From contig NW_024704743.1 of NCBI RefSeq assembly GCF_018977255.1, positions 92,072,001 through 92,136,000 of the forward strand: 64,000 nucleotides of DNA, written 5' to 3'. Position numbers and translations under genes: made by a program. This document shows positions 13,042-26,614 of this stretch, piece after piece. The notes beneath the pieces are model-generated. The model was not told the origin of the DNA, did no database searches, and worked only from the letters and a program-made list of their open reading frames with translations. This DNA is from Callorhinchus milii. Taxonomy: Eukaryota. Position 1 is the stretch's first letter. The number at the start of each line of letters is the position of its first letter.

Positions 13042-13346
13042 ATTATTATGCCTTCATTTGATGTAGCACTTTTCACGTCTTCTAGAGATGTCTCAAAGCC
13101 CTTCACAGAATATAATGTGAAGTTAATTGACTGTATATTTGTGGGCGAAACATGGCAGCCAATTGCCCCAGCAGTGTCCCACAAACAGTCGTGGATTGAA
13201 GTGACCAATTTATTATTTTTTTCTTGAGGGATTATTATCAGGCATGTGGAGTAAGGAAACTTGCCGAAGGTTTCATCCTGTCAGGAAACGAACTCAGGTC
13301 TCTCGCTTGCAAAACGAGCACTCTAACCACTGAGCTACAGGATGCC
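13042..13346 (-). mobile_element. Full-length tRNA-derived SINE, same family as 55444
   Basis: Head CCTGTAGCTCAGTGGTTAGAG on the - strand, plus shared body and tail. Confidence 0.88.
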
Positions 13347-16300
13347 TATGTACTAATAGGGACCTCGTCCGTCTCCCCAGCTCCACTATTCAAAAAATCC
13401 AGCTCTTTCAGAACTCTGCCGCCCACATACTTACCCAGACTAAACTCCGTACCCCAATCCCACCAGTTCTAGCCAGGCTCCACTGTTTCCCCATCACCGA
13501 ACGTATCGACTTCAAGATCCTCACACTCGTGTTCAAATCCCTTCATTCCCTGGCACCTCCCGACCTCTCCAATCTTCTCACAACCCAATCCACCACCCAG
13601 AGCTTCCGCTTGACTGGCACCAGCCTCCTTTCTTAGTTTCTGCACAGCTGGAAAATTTGAATTGGTCACTGAGTATTTAGGATTCACAAAATAGATACTG
13701 CAGATTTATTTTCATTTTAAAACAGAGTTATACTGTGCCTCTCAATTGAAAGGTCAGACATTTCATTTCTTTAACTTTGGGTGTATTTCAAGCTTGTCAG
13801 GGTTCAGGGACATGAAACATTTTTCTAATTTCGAGCACCAAGTGTTAGCAACGATTATAATAATAATAATAAACCTTGTGTTTGATATAGTACCTAATCA
13901 CATCTTTGAGATGTCTCAAAGCGGTTCACAGAATATACTGTGAAGTGGATTGACTGTAACAATTACTTCCAAGGTCAGAGCCTGGTTAGATGCAACTGTG
14001 AAACTTCCTCCTCTCTGGCTCAGCTTCTGAAGAGCCCCCTATTTCATCAGTGTGATCATTTCCATTTGCACCTCTGACTTTCTGTGGCTCCACTGAATGA
14101 GACTAACAATTCAGTATTGAATTACGCACAATGAGAGCGAGAAATTATTAATAAGACAGAACATATGACAGAAATATCCATACTTCAAAGAAAAAATGCC
14201 CAGTTGGGAAAACTGAATAAAGCAATTTGCTTGAACAAAATATTTGCTTATATGTGTGTGGTATTAAGATTGAGAAAAAGCTTTTGTGCTTGTGCTTGAA
14301 GGAAAACTGTTACAGGTCCCCTGGAAGATGAGGTTTAGAGCTGTGGACAGCCACTAGTGCCACAGCAATGAAGAAACAACATTACCCCTCCATAAGTCCT
14401 ATAATAATAATAATCCTTGCATTTGATATAGCACCTTATCATGTCTTTGAGACATCTCAATGCGTTTCACAGAATATACTGTCAAGTGAATTGACTGTAT
14501 ATTTGTGGGCAAAACGCGGCAGCCAATTGCACACAGCAGTGTCCCACAAACAGTCGTGGATTGAAGTGACCAACTTATTATAAGATAGAGGCTTGCATCA
14601 CAGAGGCCTCTGTCCTATCCTGGACCGCATGCTCAGATGCATTGCTGAAGCCTCTGGTTTATTGGAGGGCTGGATCGTGACCTCCTGCCTTATCTTGTCA
14701 AAGGATAGGGTGAGATGTCAAGGTGACGCATCTAAGCATGTGGGAGTTCCAGAGATTAGGAGTTTAGGTGCTGAAGGCTTGGCCATCGGAGGTGGTGGGA
14801 CAGCTTCTGAACAGTACAGAACGGTAGGTATCATACCTGTTACAGGTGCTTTGCAAGAGCTGTCCATTTACCTCCTTGATCTTTCCCTTTTTTTATATAA
14901 ATATGTGCTTAATTCACTTTTAAAAGCTGCTGTAGATTCTGCTTCAAGCATCATTATGATGGGGCGTGATCAGTGCAGTCTTACTAACCCTCTATGTAAA
15001 AAAAATCCTCTCCTTTGGTCTACGATTCTAACTATAATTTAACAAGGTCAGCTTCATTTTTTCAAAAGAGTTACATTCATACATAACTTTCATTATTCTG
15101 CTTTATCTATCTGGTTGTTCCAAGCAATAGAGAATGTAATTAAGTCATATACTTTGATCAGATGAGCAGGGTATGAGGCAACATTGCCTGGAATTTGTTA
15201 CATGTGGTTAAAAAAAACTTGCATTTGCATAACGCGCATCCTTAACATTGGATAAAGCTTCAGAATGCCATGCTGAGCAAGGGAGAAGAGGGAGTGGGAG
15301 TGACCATAGTTATTAAGGTAGGATTTAAAGATAGACAGAAAAGATGGGTGGAGGCATAAAAGTAAGGAATTTCAGAGGTTAAGTGCATAAATGACTGAAG
15401 GCATGGTCACCGATGGTGATGTGAAGGAGGTAGGGGATGCACAGTAGGCCTGTGTTAATTGAGTAGGGTGGGGTATGAGCAATTCAGAGATAGGAGAGAG
15501 CTAGGATGCTAATTGATGTATATGTGATAGTATACTTGTAGCAGTGATCTCATTGCTTGTTAGACTAGGTCCACTCATGCAGATAAACATTTGCTCAATT
15601 GGTCTGAAGTGCCATGAACATTTAGAATGAACCATGATCAATTCTAACCACGGTTTTCTAATCTGCTGTCATGCTCTCACAACTTACTTCCTGTCCTCAC
15701 TGGGACAATCTATTTCACCATAACTGTGCTCATGAAGTACTTGACATCATCATCATCACTATCAAGGGCAACAGGCGTCTGTCAACATATCCATATGACT
15801 CAATTATTTGCCAATATATAGGCTTCCCGTTGAAATTCACAATAATAAAATCAAATTGTTTCTCGTATTGGAATGAAAAAGGCAACATTTCACAACCAAT
15901 CTGATAAATGTCGAAAAGTTATCAAATCTATTATTAAATGTCATTTTTTCCACTCCATTGTCTTCCAGGCATTTTTACAACAAAAAAGAGGTTCAGATGA
16001 AAATAAGATTTTGAATGAACTACTTCACGCAGGACTTGATGTCAGGACTTGATCTCACAGTTCAAAACATATTCAAAACTGAGGTGGATAGACATTTGTT
16101 AGGTCAGGGTAGCAAGGGATACGGGGCAAGAGCGGCTAATTGGAGTTGAGGTAGAGATCAGCCATGATCTTATAGAATGGTGGAACAGGCTCGAGGGGCT
16201 GAATGGCCTTCTCCTGTTTTTATGTTTCTATGCATGTTGGATAATAGTTTGCATTCAAATGGTGTATTGCACCTGTTATAATAAAAATGGTTAAAAATTG

Positions 16301-19300
16301 GAATTATGGCATTAGCAGCGATTTCCATAGATACATAGCTATATATAGACTCTCAAAAGACCATCTGGCCTTCCATCCTTCAAAATGGCTATTATTCCCA
16401 AAGTATACATAAACAATACTTATTTTACAATACAATTTATTTTACATTTATATAGCGCCTTTTACATTGGGAACACGTCTCAAAGCATTTTACACAGCTG
16501 GCTCAGCATCCAAGCTATGGGGAAGCGGGAGTAATGGGAAAGATGATTGAAAATGTGGTGAAAGAGATAAATCTTAAGGTGGGATTTGAAAGTGGGGAAT
16601 GAGGGTAAGAATCAGGGGACTCAGAGATGGAGTCCAGAGAGCAAGGTCTAACATTTACACAACACAGATTTTGTTTTAATAAGCAAGTGTTTTTTTGATG
16701 TGTGTGAGGAGGTAAGGGAGGATTTGGAATGTATGAAGCTTGGAAATATGCCTTTCAGTTTCAGTATTCACTGTGTGCAGCACTGCTGTCTCTCAGACCC
16801 CCAGTAGAGACATCACAAGTATCAGTCAGGCATCAATGTCAAAGCCTATTTCCCAACTTACTGCTGCGTCAGTCAGTCATGGATCATTTCAGCTGTTTCC
16901 AATCAAACCTGTATCAGTGACTGTGGATAAACATGAATTTCTTCAAATTACAAAATTCTCGCACTTTCTTGGATCTATTGATAGTACCTGCACAGCCCCT
17001 GGATTCACCTCATGCCACCTTTTCTTGAAATCAAATACGTGCTTTAATTTATCAGCTGCATGTATTGTTGTGTTCATTGCAATGTCTGCAATACAGTATC
17101 ACCCCTCCAGTCACAACCTCTTCATACTCCCGCAATCTTCAGTCTCCAGATCGGTGAATAGAAGAGCTTTGACTGAGAGGTGGCAGCTTATTTAGAATTA
17201 GTCTGTCTGGCCTTTTACACGGTTATTTAGTGAAGTTATTTATTGCTTACACTTTTTCTAGCTAACAAGAGGTCAAAGACCAAAGCCACCTCATGACTCC
17301 AGCTTAAATCTCCAATCCTCTTGCCCAGTCAAGGACATCATTTAGTGATAGAACTCTTTTGGTATTTTTAAAGTGAATTTCCAGATCTTTCTTTCTACCT
17401 GGGTTGTTTTTCAGAAAAGTATTGAACGTCCATCATAGCTTTGTATCATCTGATTTGTGTGTAAGCCTGCCTCAGTTGGTAGCCCTCTCGCCTGAGTCTT
17501 AAAGTTGTGGGTTCAAGCCCCACTTTGGGATTTGGAATCATATAGTCCATGCTGACACTTCAGTGAGGTGCTGGGGGTGTGCTGTATTATTGGAGGTATC
17601 GTCCTTCGCATACAGATTCCATAGTACAATTCAAAAAGAGAAGGATGTTTATCCTGGTCAACAATCCCCCAAATAATTTGAGCATTCATTTCATGGCTGT
17701 TTGTTAGAGCTTACTTAACATCATCAAGCAACGCTACTTGAGAACTGTCCCCATAACTTAGCTACAACTTGAGGCACATGTTCTATGTGAATCACCAGTG
17801 TCTATGTGAATCATGACCTGTGATCATACCTCTGCATTTCTCCACCAAAATAAGCTCATTTTATTCTATAGGGCGAAAAGTATGATCTGTGATTGATCAG
17901 TTATTACTGGTGACAGATATCAGATCGTAGATAGATGTATTCACTGAGACTAGTTAATGACTAAAGACCGAGATACTCAATAGCTAACATCTGGTTATGG
18001 ATGTGATTACTTCCCCCCAAACGTTCTTCATAATGTTTGGGCCTGAAAACCGTCCACATCACTACAAGCACAAGTCTTTTCTGTAGTTTACATCAGGTTC
18101 TAGTTTATTGTATTACTTCATAAGAACTGTGTAATTATCAGATTTCTAAACTTTTGATATAACTGAGAAAAGATTCAAGCTTTTAGAAATTTGATAATTT
18201 CTAACTCATTTCTTTTTTCAAAAAATCTGTTACAAAATACCACAAATTAGACCTTGATTTTCGTATGAAGGCAGTTTGACTGAGACTGAGTATTTTGTAT
18301 TAATAACATTCAGCAAGTCCATGACTGATGCTCACACAGCTTTAAAAAGTAAACAGTGCCATCTACTGTTGGCATTTATTGACCTGTGTTTTTATCTGAT
18401 ACTAATAATATTCCTTGTACGTAATGTGTATAAATTCGAAACATCTCGAAAGGCTTCCCAGGTAATTGCTGTGACATGTAGTGTCTATATTGGCATCTAA
18501 TTGGCAGATAGCAATGTACCGCAAACTATATTCCACTGATTAATCTGGGGGATTCTTGGCCAGGACACCTGAAGAAACTCTCTTTCCTTTTGATCAGTGA
18601 TGATGGAATTTTTAGAATCCTCCTGAACAAACTTATGGGACCATGGTTTAACATCTCATCTATAGGGCAGTACCTTTTACAATCCAACACTCCCCTCGTA
18701 CTGTCCTGGAGCAGCAGTCTGGACTGCAAGCTCAAAACCCTTAAGAGCACTTGAAATAAATGATAACCTTTCCTTTATTAACGAATGGATGGATGGCCTT
18801 CCTATTTCAGCAACTACAAAACAATTTACTGTGTAAGTATATAGAATCTTCTAACCACAGGATGATAAAAGAATGTTTCTTTGAGTGGGCATCAAAGTCC
18901 ATGACACTGTTTGCAAAGAGAAGGGAGTTCAACCTCATCGCTTTACTAAAATAAATTTTGTTTTTGGTTAATTGATGGGTTGTACAAAGTTTTAGATAAA
19001 ATCTTATATGTAATAATAATAATTATCCTTGCATTTAATGTAGCACTTTTCTTGTCTTCTAGATGCCACAAAGCGCTTCACAGAATATACTGTAAAGTGA
19101 ATTGACTGTATATTTGTGGGCGAAATATGGTAGCCAATTGCACACAACAGTGTCCCACAAACTGTCGTGGACTGAGTAACCAAATTATTATTGTTTTTAT
19201 TATGTTACATTAATATTGTAATAAGAAAACTATATCTGCCAGATTTTTACTTCTAACTACAGAAGAAAGATGTAGCTTTAGATATTCTGCACATAAATTA

Positions 19301-21470
19301 ACTTCCAATGTTTTAGTAAACACAAATAATTAATGTGTCAGATTTGTGTTGCACTTCTTGTCTCACCACAAGATTTCGTCTTCATGTTTAGCATTCCCAA
19401 ACCTCAAAATCAAGATCTAGTGCAAGAATATAAGTACTGTAGCGAATGAAACCAAATAAATTTGCAGCACAGAAGATCTTTGACTCATTGTGTCTGTGCT
19501 GATTCTTTCAATCCTATTTGCCTTCCCTTTCTCCATTCTCCTGTAGTTTACTCCTGTTCAGATATCTATCTAATCCCCTTCTGAAAGACTATGCAGAATC
19601 TCCTTCAACCACCGCTCCCAGCAGGGCATTCCATATTCTAACAACTCCATGTGTGAAAACATTGCTCCTAACCTGTCCACAGATTCACGTTTGTTTACAA
19701 AAAAATCAGTGCACTTAGTAAAGTGTTTGAAGCATTTTGACACAATAACATGCTGTAAGAATTCAAGTTCTATCTTCTTTCCAATGCATTTGCTACTTGG
19801 AAGGACCATTAAAGTTCACACTATGTGGTCAATTGAGCTCCGAGGGAACCTCAGGCATCATGCACACAATTGCACAATTCTTGCACATGTATGCAACTGG
19901 AATTATTTTGCCAGTCCCACAAAGATATGTCTTAGTGAACAACAATATCATGTATTCATATAGCACCCTTCACAAAAAATAATAATAATTATTACATTTG
20001 GTATAGCGCCTTTCACATTAGGAGAATGTCTGAAAGCACTTCACAGGATATACTTTAAAATGTAGTGACTATGTGCTTTGTGGGTGAGCATGACAGGCAA
20101 CTTATGCACAGCAATGTCCCACAAACAACCATGAAACGAATAACCAATTTTATTTGGAGGATTGTTGGCCAGGAAACCAGGAGAAACTCCTTTCTCTTTT
20201 CAAATAGTGCCATGGGATCTTCAACATCCAGCTGAACAGGGCATTGGTTCAATGTCTCATCTGAAGGTTGACACCTCCAACAATACAGCACATATCCAGC
20301 ATTGGGTTAGAGTATCATTTTATACAATACAGTGACGAATGCCAAGCGGGATGAGATAGGATGGGGGAGGGGGGAGGAGGGAAGGGGGAGGGGAGCTGAC
20401 CATAGGCATAGTCGAAGGTGGTGGGGAGCACAGGGGTTGGAAAGGAGAGAGAATCAGAGAGTGAGAGAAAGAGAAACAGGGCTCAGAGAGACATAAAGAT
20501 AGTAAGAAGTAAAGGGCTGGCATAATATGATTTAGTGGATAATACTTTAAATTGTTACTATTTTACAATCTGGAAAACATGTTACCACTATAAATAGGAT
20601 AATTTTAATGTACCACAATATTGTTCTTGAATTACATAAAACGTGTTTTGCGGCTGCTCTATAATTACAGTATGAATATATTAAATGTTTCCCTTTTGTT
20701 TTCTTACACGTAACACATAAAATGCAAAACAAAACAACAGATATATTTGTTTCCAAAAATTATGTCTCCAAATACGTGCAACTTAGATTCTGTACTACAT
20801 CTGATTGAAGGTAGTGTACTGCTGGATGAAATTAGGAGTGAAGACTCAGCAAGATATAGGATCTGCTCATTTACTCAAAACTATTTATTCATTATTAGAA
20901 CATTAGCCTGGTATGAATCAAAGAAAAATGACAAATGACAAGGAATGCCGAGAAAATGAATGTGAAACAAACCACTTGAAAAATGAAAATACTTACAGGA
21001 AATACTCCTCAAGTTCCTTCGCAAAATAAAACACAAGATAAATCTTATATTTGGGATACATTGTTCATTTTCATAAATATTCTGGACAATTTACAATTAC
21101 ATTAAACCACTTCTGCCATTCTTACACAGAGGATGAAAGGCTTCCAGGATTTTCTGGGCTGTAGTCCAGAGTCCATAGGCCCATTTACAAGGATTGATTG
21201 CAGTATGTAAGATGTAAGATCCTGAATACAGTAGGTCACACAAAATGAAAATGTAATATGGCATTTTAGATTAAATTGCTAATTATGTCATACTTCCCCC
21301 AGATTGTAATTAGTATTGTTTGCAAACTTATTCTGTTAAAATGTTCAGCATATTAAAAGCATCAGGCTGGTCACCAACACCAGCAAGTCCTGAAGGTTTA
21401 TCATGGACCAGAAAGTCTGAGAAACCTATCTTACCCTATGAAAGGACGGCAGAATGATTTAATGTGGACT

Positions 21471-21787
21471 TAATAATAATAATAATCCTTGCATTTGATA
21501 TAGCGCTTTTCATGCCTTCTGGACATCTCAAAACGCTTCACAGAATAGACTGTAAAGTGAATTGACTGTATATTTTGTGGGAGAAACGCGGCAGACGATT
21601 GCGCACAGCAGTGTCCCACAAACAGTCATGGATTGAAGTGACCAAATTATTATTGGCTTTTTTTTCTTGAAGCATTATTATCAGGGCGGGTGGAGTAAGG
21701 AAACTTGCCCAAGGTTTCACCCTGCCGTGAATCGAACTGGGTCTTCCACTTGCCAGGTGAGTGCTCTAACCACTGAGCTACAGGATT
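21471..21787 (-). mobile_element. Full-length tRNA-derived SINE, same family as 55444
   Basis: Head, body and (AAT)n tail all present. Confidence 0.88.
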
Positions 21788-22532
21788 TGGACAGTAAGTG
21801 CCTCAATTCTATAGATTAAGGACACCTATATTGTACATAGGAACATCATAGCATTAGTTATGTTTGCAATTTTTGAATGATATAAATTCTTATAAAGTGT
21901 TATAGTATCCATCCACGTGCAGTGAACATAGAGGATATATATTTTAAAGTGCATTTTATAAGTAAATCTGGCAGCTAATGTGCGCACAGTAAGTCCTACA
22001 AACAGCCATGAAATGAATAATCAGTTTATCCGGGGGTTGGTTGGCTAATACACCGGGAGAAATAATGCTATTGTGTCTTTAATGTTCATCTGAAGAAGTC
22101 GACAGGAGCTTGGTAGGAAACAATGTGGTGGTCTCAGTATTCTGGTTTGCCAGCCTGGCTCACCTGCACTGGGGCATGTGTTCTTCGCACTCTGGTCCTG
22201 GTAAACCTAGAATCCCAAGCCCTAACAGATAGGTTTGTTCTCGTTGGAGAAGCATTTGAAAGCTTGTCAGACAGTGCTTTCAAAGGCAAGCTACGCTGTA
22301 TTAATTAGTTAAACTCCAGCAGTACCCCAATGCACACTCTGCGGTCTACAAGCCTTGGCTCTTGCAAATCTGCATCTAATATCCCTCCGCTTTGCCCCCT
22401 TCAGATTGCATGTCTTCGGATTGCACCAAACAACCTTCTTCTTTGATTGTACCAACAGTCACCTCCCTTTTCTCCTTGGTCAAGCTCTGCCATGGATTAG
22501 TACTCTGAGTTGCTGCTTTGTGTGAACAATGA

Positions 22533-23250
22533 GAACAACAAAATTACATTTGTAAAGCGCCTTTCACGTCGGGAGGAGTCCGAAGGTGCTGAACAGTCAG
22601 GGATCAGGAGGGCAAGGTTGAGATGAGGGAAGGCAGAGGGGGCAGGAGGACGGCTGAAGGCACGGTCAAAAAGGAGGGTCTTGAGTCGTGCCTTGAAGGA
22701 GGCGGCAGAGGGAGTGATGCGAAGGGATCGTGGGATGAAATTCCAAAGAGTAGAGGCACAGAGGCTGGAACCTGGCGGCCAATGTCTGGATGGGTCGAGC
22801 GGGACACCTGGAGCAGGCCAGAGCCTGCGGAGCGGAGGGAGCGGACAGGCTGATAGGGGGTCAGCAGGTGAGAGACGTAGGAGCGCCTTGTCAGCGAGGG
22901 CGAGGGGGGAGGGGGAGCCGGGGGAGCCGGGCGCGGGTGGGGGCGATGGGGACACGAGCTGCACGAGTGAACGCACTTTATTAATTTGAACTTGCAAAAT
23001 CGCAAATAGATGTCACAATGGACGGCCAAGAAGCCGCACCCGGCGATGCAGAGTCCTGCGCGATTTCGCTTTGGGTTCGGACGACGTCGCGGAGGGGGAG
23101 GGGGAGGGCGGAGCGGGTCATGGCGCGGCCGTGGGGTAGAAAGGATAGTTGAGGGTCAAACAAGACGTCCGAGCCCCCGGACCGGCGGAGTGAGGCGGAG
23201 TGAGCGGCCACGGCTGGCGAGGCGGTCAGTGCCTGAGGTGTGGAGGCACT
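22533..23250 (-). mobile_element. L2 LINE remnant (tail 22533-22910 and internal piece 23075-23250) forming the left part of the CpG island
   Basis: Minus-strand translation LWNFIPRSLR..SFKARLKTLLFDRAF (tail) and VLFDPQLSFLPH (internal). Aligns by eye to the L2 copy at 44660-44830. Confidence 0.85.
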
Positions 23251-23389
23251 TGTTGTTGTTGTTGTTGTTGTTGTCAGATTGCGTGACACCCAATTCCCGC
23301 CCAAACCCTGCGCTGCGCGCTGCGCCGTGACGTCACCGCGCCGCTGACGCGCGGGGGGCGTGTCAGCCCCGGGTTTATCGGCGCGCAGG

Positions 23390-23444
23390 CGCGGAGGCGG
23401 AGAGAGTGACCCAGAGGCCTTGAGGAGGAGGAGGAGGAGATCGG
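23390..23444 (+). other. COX6C: Probable non-coding exon 1 of COX6C (start approximate)
   Basis: Lies just downstream of CRE and NRF1-like motifs in the CpG island. Donor-like CGG|GTGAGG after 23444. Human COX6C has a non-coding first exon. TSS cannot be determined from sequence. Confidence 0.6.
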
Positions 23445-23833
23445 GTGAGGAGCTGCCGCCCGGACACCACCCAAACCCCGGCCACACAGCACCGCACGGC
23501 CCGGGGGCAGGGCGCGGGGGCCAGGCCTCGGCTCACACTAACCGCCGTCTGGGTTCCTGTCTGTGCCCGGGGGCCGGGCGGAGGGTAACCGCTGGTAACC
23601 TTGGAGCCTCGGGCCTCGGGTTACAGCTGATCCCGTGTCCCCCGGACCCCCGCCCCGCCCCGGCCTCCACAGCGGCCCCCAGGGAAGGGGAGGCCGCGCT
23701 GCCCGCCATGGAAACGGCTGTGCGACTGTCTTGTCCACAGGGCGCGGGGAGCCTTGGCCTCAGGTCGTGGTGGTGGTGGTGGTGGGGGGGAGGGCGGCAG
23801 AGACCAGGGAGAGATTTACCCCGGGGAAGAGGG

Positions 23834-24255
23834 TGTTAGGGGTTGGGAGGGGGTGGAAGAGGTTGGGAGCGGGTGTTAGGGGTTGGGAGGGGGTGTCCGG
23901 GGTTGGGGGAGCGGGTGTCCGGGGTTGGGGGAGCGGGTGTCCGGGGTTGGGGGAGCGGGTGTCCGGGGTTGGGGGCGGGGGTGTCCGGGGTTGGGGGCGG
24001 GGTGTCCGGGGTTGGGGGCGGGGGTGTCCGGGGTGTCCGGGGTTGGGGGCGGGGTGTCCGGGGTTGGGGGCGGGGGTGTCCGGGGTTGGGGGCGGGGGTG
24101 TCCGGGGTTGGGGGCGGGGGTGTCCGGGGTTGGGGGAGCGGGTGTCCGGGGTTGGGGGGCCGGGGGGGTTGGGGGGCGGGGTGGGGTGTCCGGGGTTGGG
24201 GGAGCGGGGGGTGTCCGGGGTTGGGGGCGGGGGTGTCCGGGGTCGGGGGTGGGTT
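23834..24255 (+). repeat. G-rich minisatellite, ~20-22 bp unit (GGGTGTCCGGGGTTGGGGG[A]GC / GGCG variants)
   Basis: 16 TGTCCGGGG cores counted by eye, plus 2 TGTTAGGGG variants at the 5' edge. Located in COX6C intron 1. Confidence 0.92.
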
Positions 24256-24519
24256 ATCCCTGGGTTTCCCTGGTTTGTGGGTTGTTGTCTTTTCCTGTGT
24301 TTTTGTTTGAGGGAAGAGGGTTCCCCCCTGGAGGAGGAGGAGGAGGAGGATGCTTCCCCACCCCCTGTTTTAGAAGTTTTTTTTTCCCCCTAATTTTTAA
24401 AGGGAGAGAGTTTTCTGCCCTGGTTTTAGGGGATGACGGTGTTTGTTCCCATGTTTTTTTTTGGAGTGGGGGGAGGAGGATCGGAGGTTTTATCCTTCGG
24501 TTTGGAGGGGCAGTTGCAC

Positions 24520-25090
24520 ATGTAGGTTCATCACCTCCAGGCTCAACGCCCTGCTTGTCGGCCTCCCCAGCTCCTCCCTCCACAGGCTGCCGATCATCCA
24601 GAACTCTGCAGCCCGTGTCCTTTCCCACATTAAGCTCCGCGACCCTATCACCCCCATCCTCGCCCGACTCCACTGGCTTCCCATCACACAGAGGATACAG
24701 TTTAAGATCCTGGTCCTCACCTTCAAAGTCCTCTGCAACCTTCTAATCCTCTACCAACCTGCCGTTGTCTCTCTGCTCAGCGGGCTCCAGCCTGCTTCAC
24801 ATCCCCCGCCTCGCTTGCCCCACCATTGACAGGCGGGCTTTCTGCCATTCTGCCCCCACCCTCTGGATTTCCATCCCGCAGTCCCTCCACCTCGACCCCT
24901 CCCTTGTCTTCGACAAGACTGTCTCTAGACCCTCTTCTTCGACTGTGCCTTCAGTCATCCTCCTACCCCTACCCTCCACCCCTCCTGATCCAAACCACCA
25001 ACTCGGGTGCGGATTGTCGTGCATGTTCACCAACTCCCTGACGGTCCAGCGCCTTGGGACGTCCTCCTGACTTGAAAGGTGCCAATACAG
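24520..25090 (+). mobile_element. L2 LINE 3' fragment in COX6C intron 1
   Basis: FITSRLNALLVGLP..IIQNSAARVL..LHWLPITQRIQFKIL. Confidence 0.9.
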
Positions 25091-25400
25091 CAGCGAACTT
25101 AATTTGGTCACGACATTATCCCACAAACAGCCATGAAATGAACTTTTATCTGGGGGAGTGTTGGCCACGACATCGGGAAAAACTCTTCTCTTTTCAAATA
25201 TTGGATCTTTAATGTTCACCTGAACAGACAGAAGGGACCTTGATTTAATGTGACCAAAAGACAGCATCTCCCAAAAAATCACCTACATGAGTTCCAAGTC
25301 CTGATGTGGGGCTTGGCCTCATGACCTTTTGACTGATCTGTTAGAAAATCACATTTCTCATGTTCATTTTTGTTTTTTTCTTAAAAGGAAAGATTTTATC

Positions 25401-25514
25401 ATGTCTTCCTCCGTGATTGTCAAGCCTGTGATGAGAGGCCTGTTGGCCAAACGTTTGCGATTGCATTTAGTTGTGGCGTTTGCAGTGTCTTTTTCAGCAG
25501 CTGCTTTCATCAAG
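25401..25514 (+). CDS. COX6C: Cytochrome c oxidase subunit 6C, first coding exon (MSSSVIVKPVMRGLLAKRLRLHLVVAFAVSFSAAAFIK)
   Basis: KPxMRGLLAxRLR motif plus hydrophobic TM segment match vertebrate COX6C. Polypyrimidine tract and AG upstream (exon start 25388 or 25393). Donor AAG|GTTAGT after 25514, phase 0. Confidence 0.96.
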
Positions 25515-26353
25515 GTTAGTATCATTGAGCTCAGGATCTTTATTCTTTTCACCACACCCAGTCTCGCTTTGAGACAATAAGGTGTGAAGGTTGCTATATA
25601 ACTAAATGCATGTAGTTGTTGTCCCATATATTCATACTACCATTCCATAGAGGAGTGCAGTGGTATGGATGATTTTGTTGACAGATTCTACACAAAGTAG
25701 TGGACTGCTGTCTTTCAAATATGGCTATAATATTTAGGTCATTTACAGAATACAATACATTTATTCAACACCTTTCAAGTCCCAAGGTGCTTAACATTCC
25801 TAGCTTGGCACCCAAGGGGGTGCGGAGAGGAAAGATCACCAAAAAGGTAATCAAGGGTCTTAAGATGGACCTTGAACAAGATGAATGACTCAAGGTGAAG
25901 GCTGGCAGGTAGCTTAAAAATAGTAGCTGATGTGAATTTTGTTAAGTAGTGACTAAAATGCCACTTTGTGTTAACGTTCACCTTTGCCCTGAAGCCTGCA
26001 GATACTCTCTAGCTCTTGTAATTTTGGTATTTGACAATTTTATAATGTGTTGGTAATCTGATTTGATCATTAAATTTATTGCAGCTTTTTCTTAAACGTT
26101 GTACAGTTTTCGAGACTCGAATGTAGTTAACACTCTGAAATATTCAACCACATTTTCCATTGATGTGTTAAAGATAACCCACAAAGATTATTCACAGTCT
26201 TTCGAGTCTGTCTTTCTGAGTCCCTCTGCTTTGTTGTGTATGTGTGTATATGCATGCAGGTGTTCTGCGTCAAACTTCCATTTAAGAGGCCTGTGCAATT
26301 ATTAATAATACTAATCGTTGCATCTCAAACTGCTTCACAAGAATTTACTATGA

Positions 26354-26614
<261 letters not shown>

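Larger units (their letters stand above)
22830..24255. promoter_or_regulatory. CpG island / COX6C promoter
   Basis: The only strongly GC- and CpG-rich block in an AT-rich window. Palindromic CRE GTGACGTCAC 23327-23336; NRF1-like GCGCAGGCGC 23383-23392; E2F-like TTCCCGCC 23294-23301; many GC boxes. Confidence 0.85.

Noticed and set aside
16740..17195. 151 aa Ser/Thr-rich ORF
   Set aside because: Non-ATG start, no recognisable domain and no convincing splice context.
22497..23839. Several overlapping 100-170 aa ORFs in the CpG island
   Set aside because: High GC suppresses stop codons. The only recognisable content is decayed L2 sequence.
23635..24746. Long Gly/Val/Arg-rich ORFs (252, 155 and 287 aa)
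   Set aside because: They are stop-free translations of the G-rich minisatellite in all three frames, inside COX6C intron 1.
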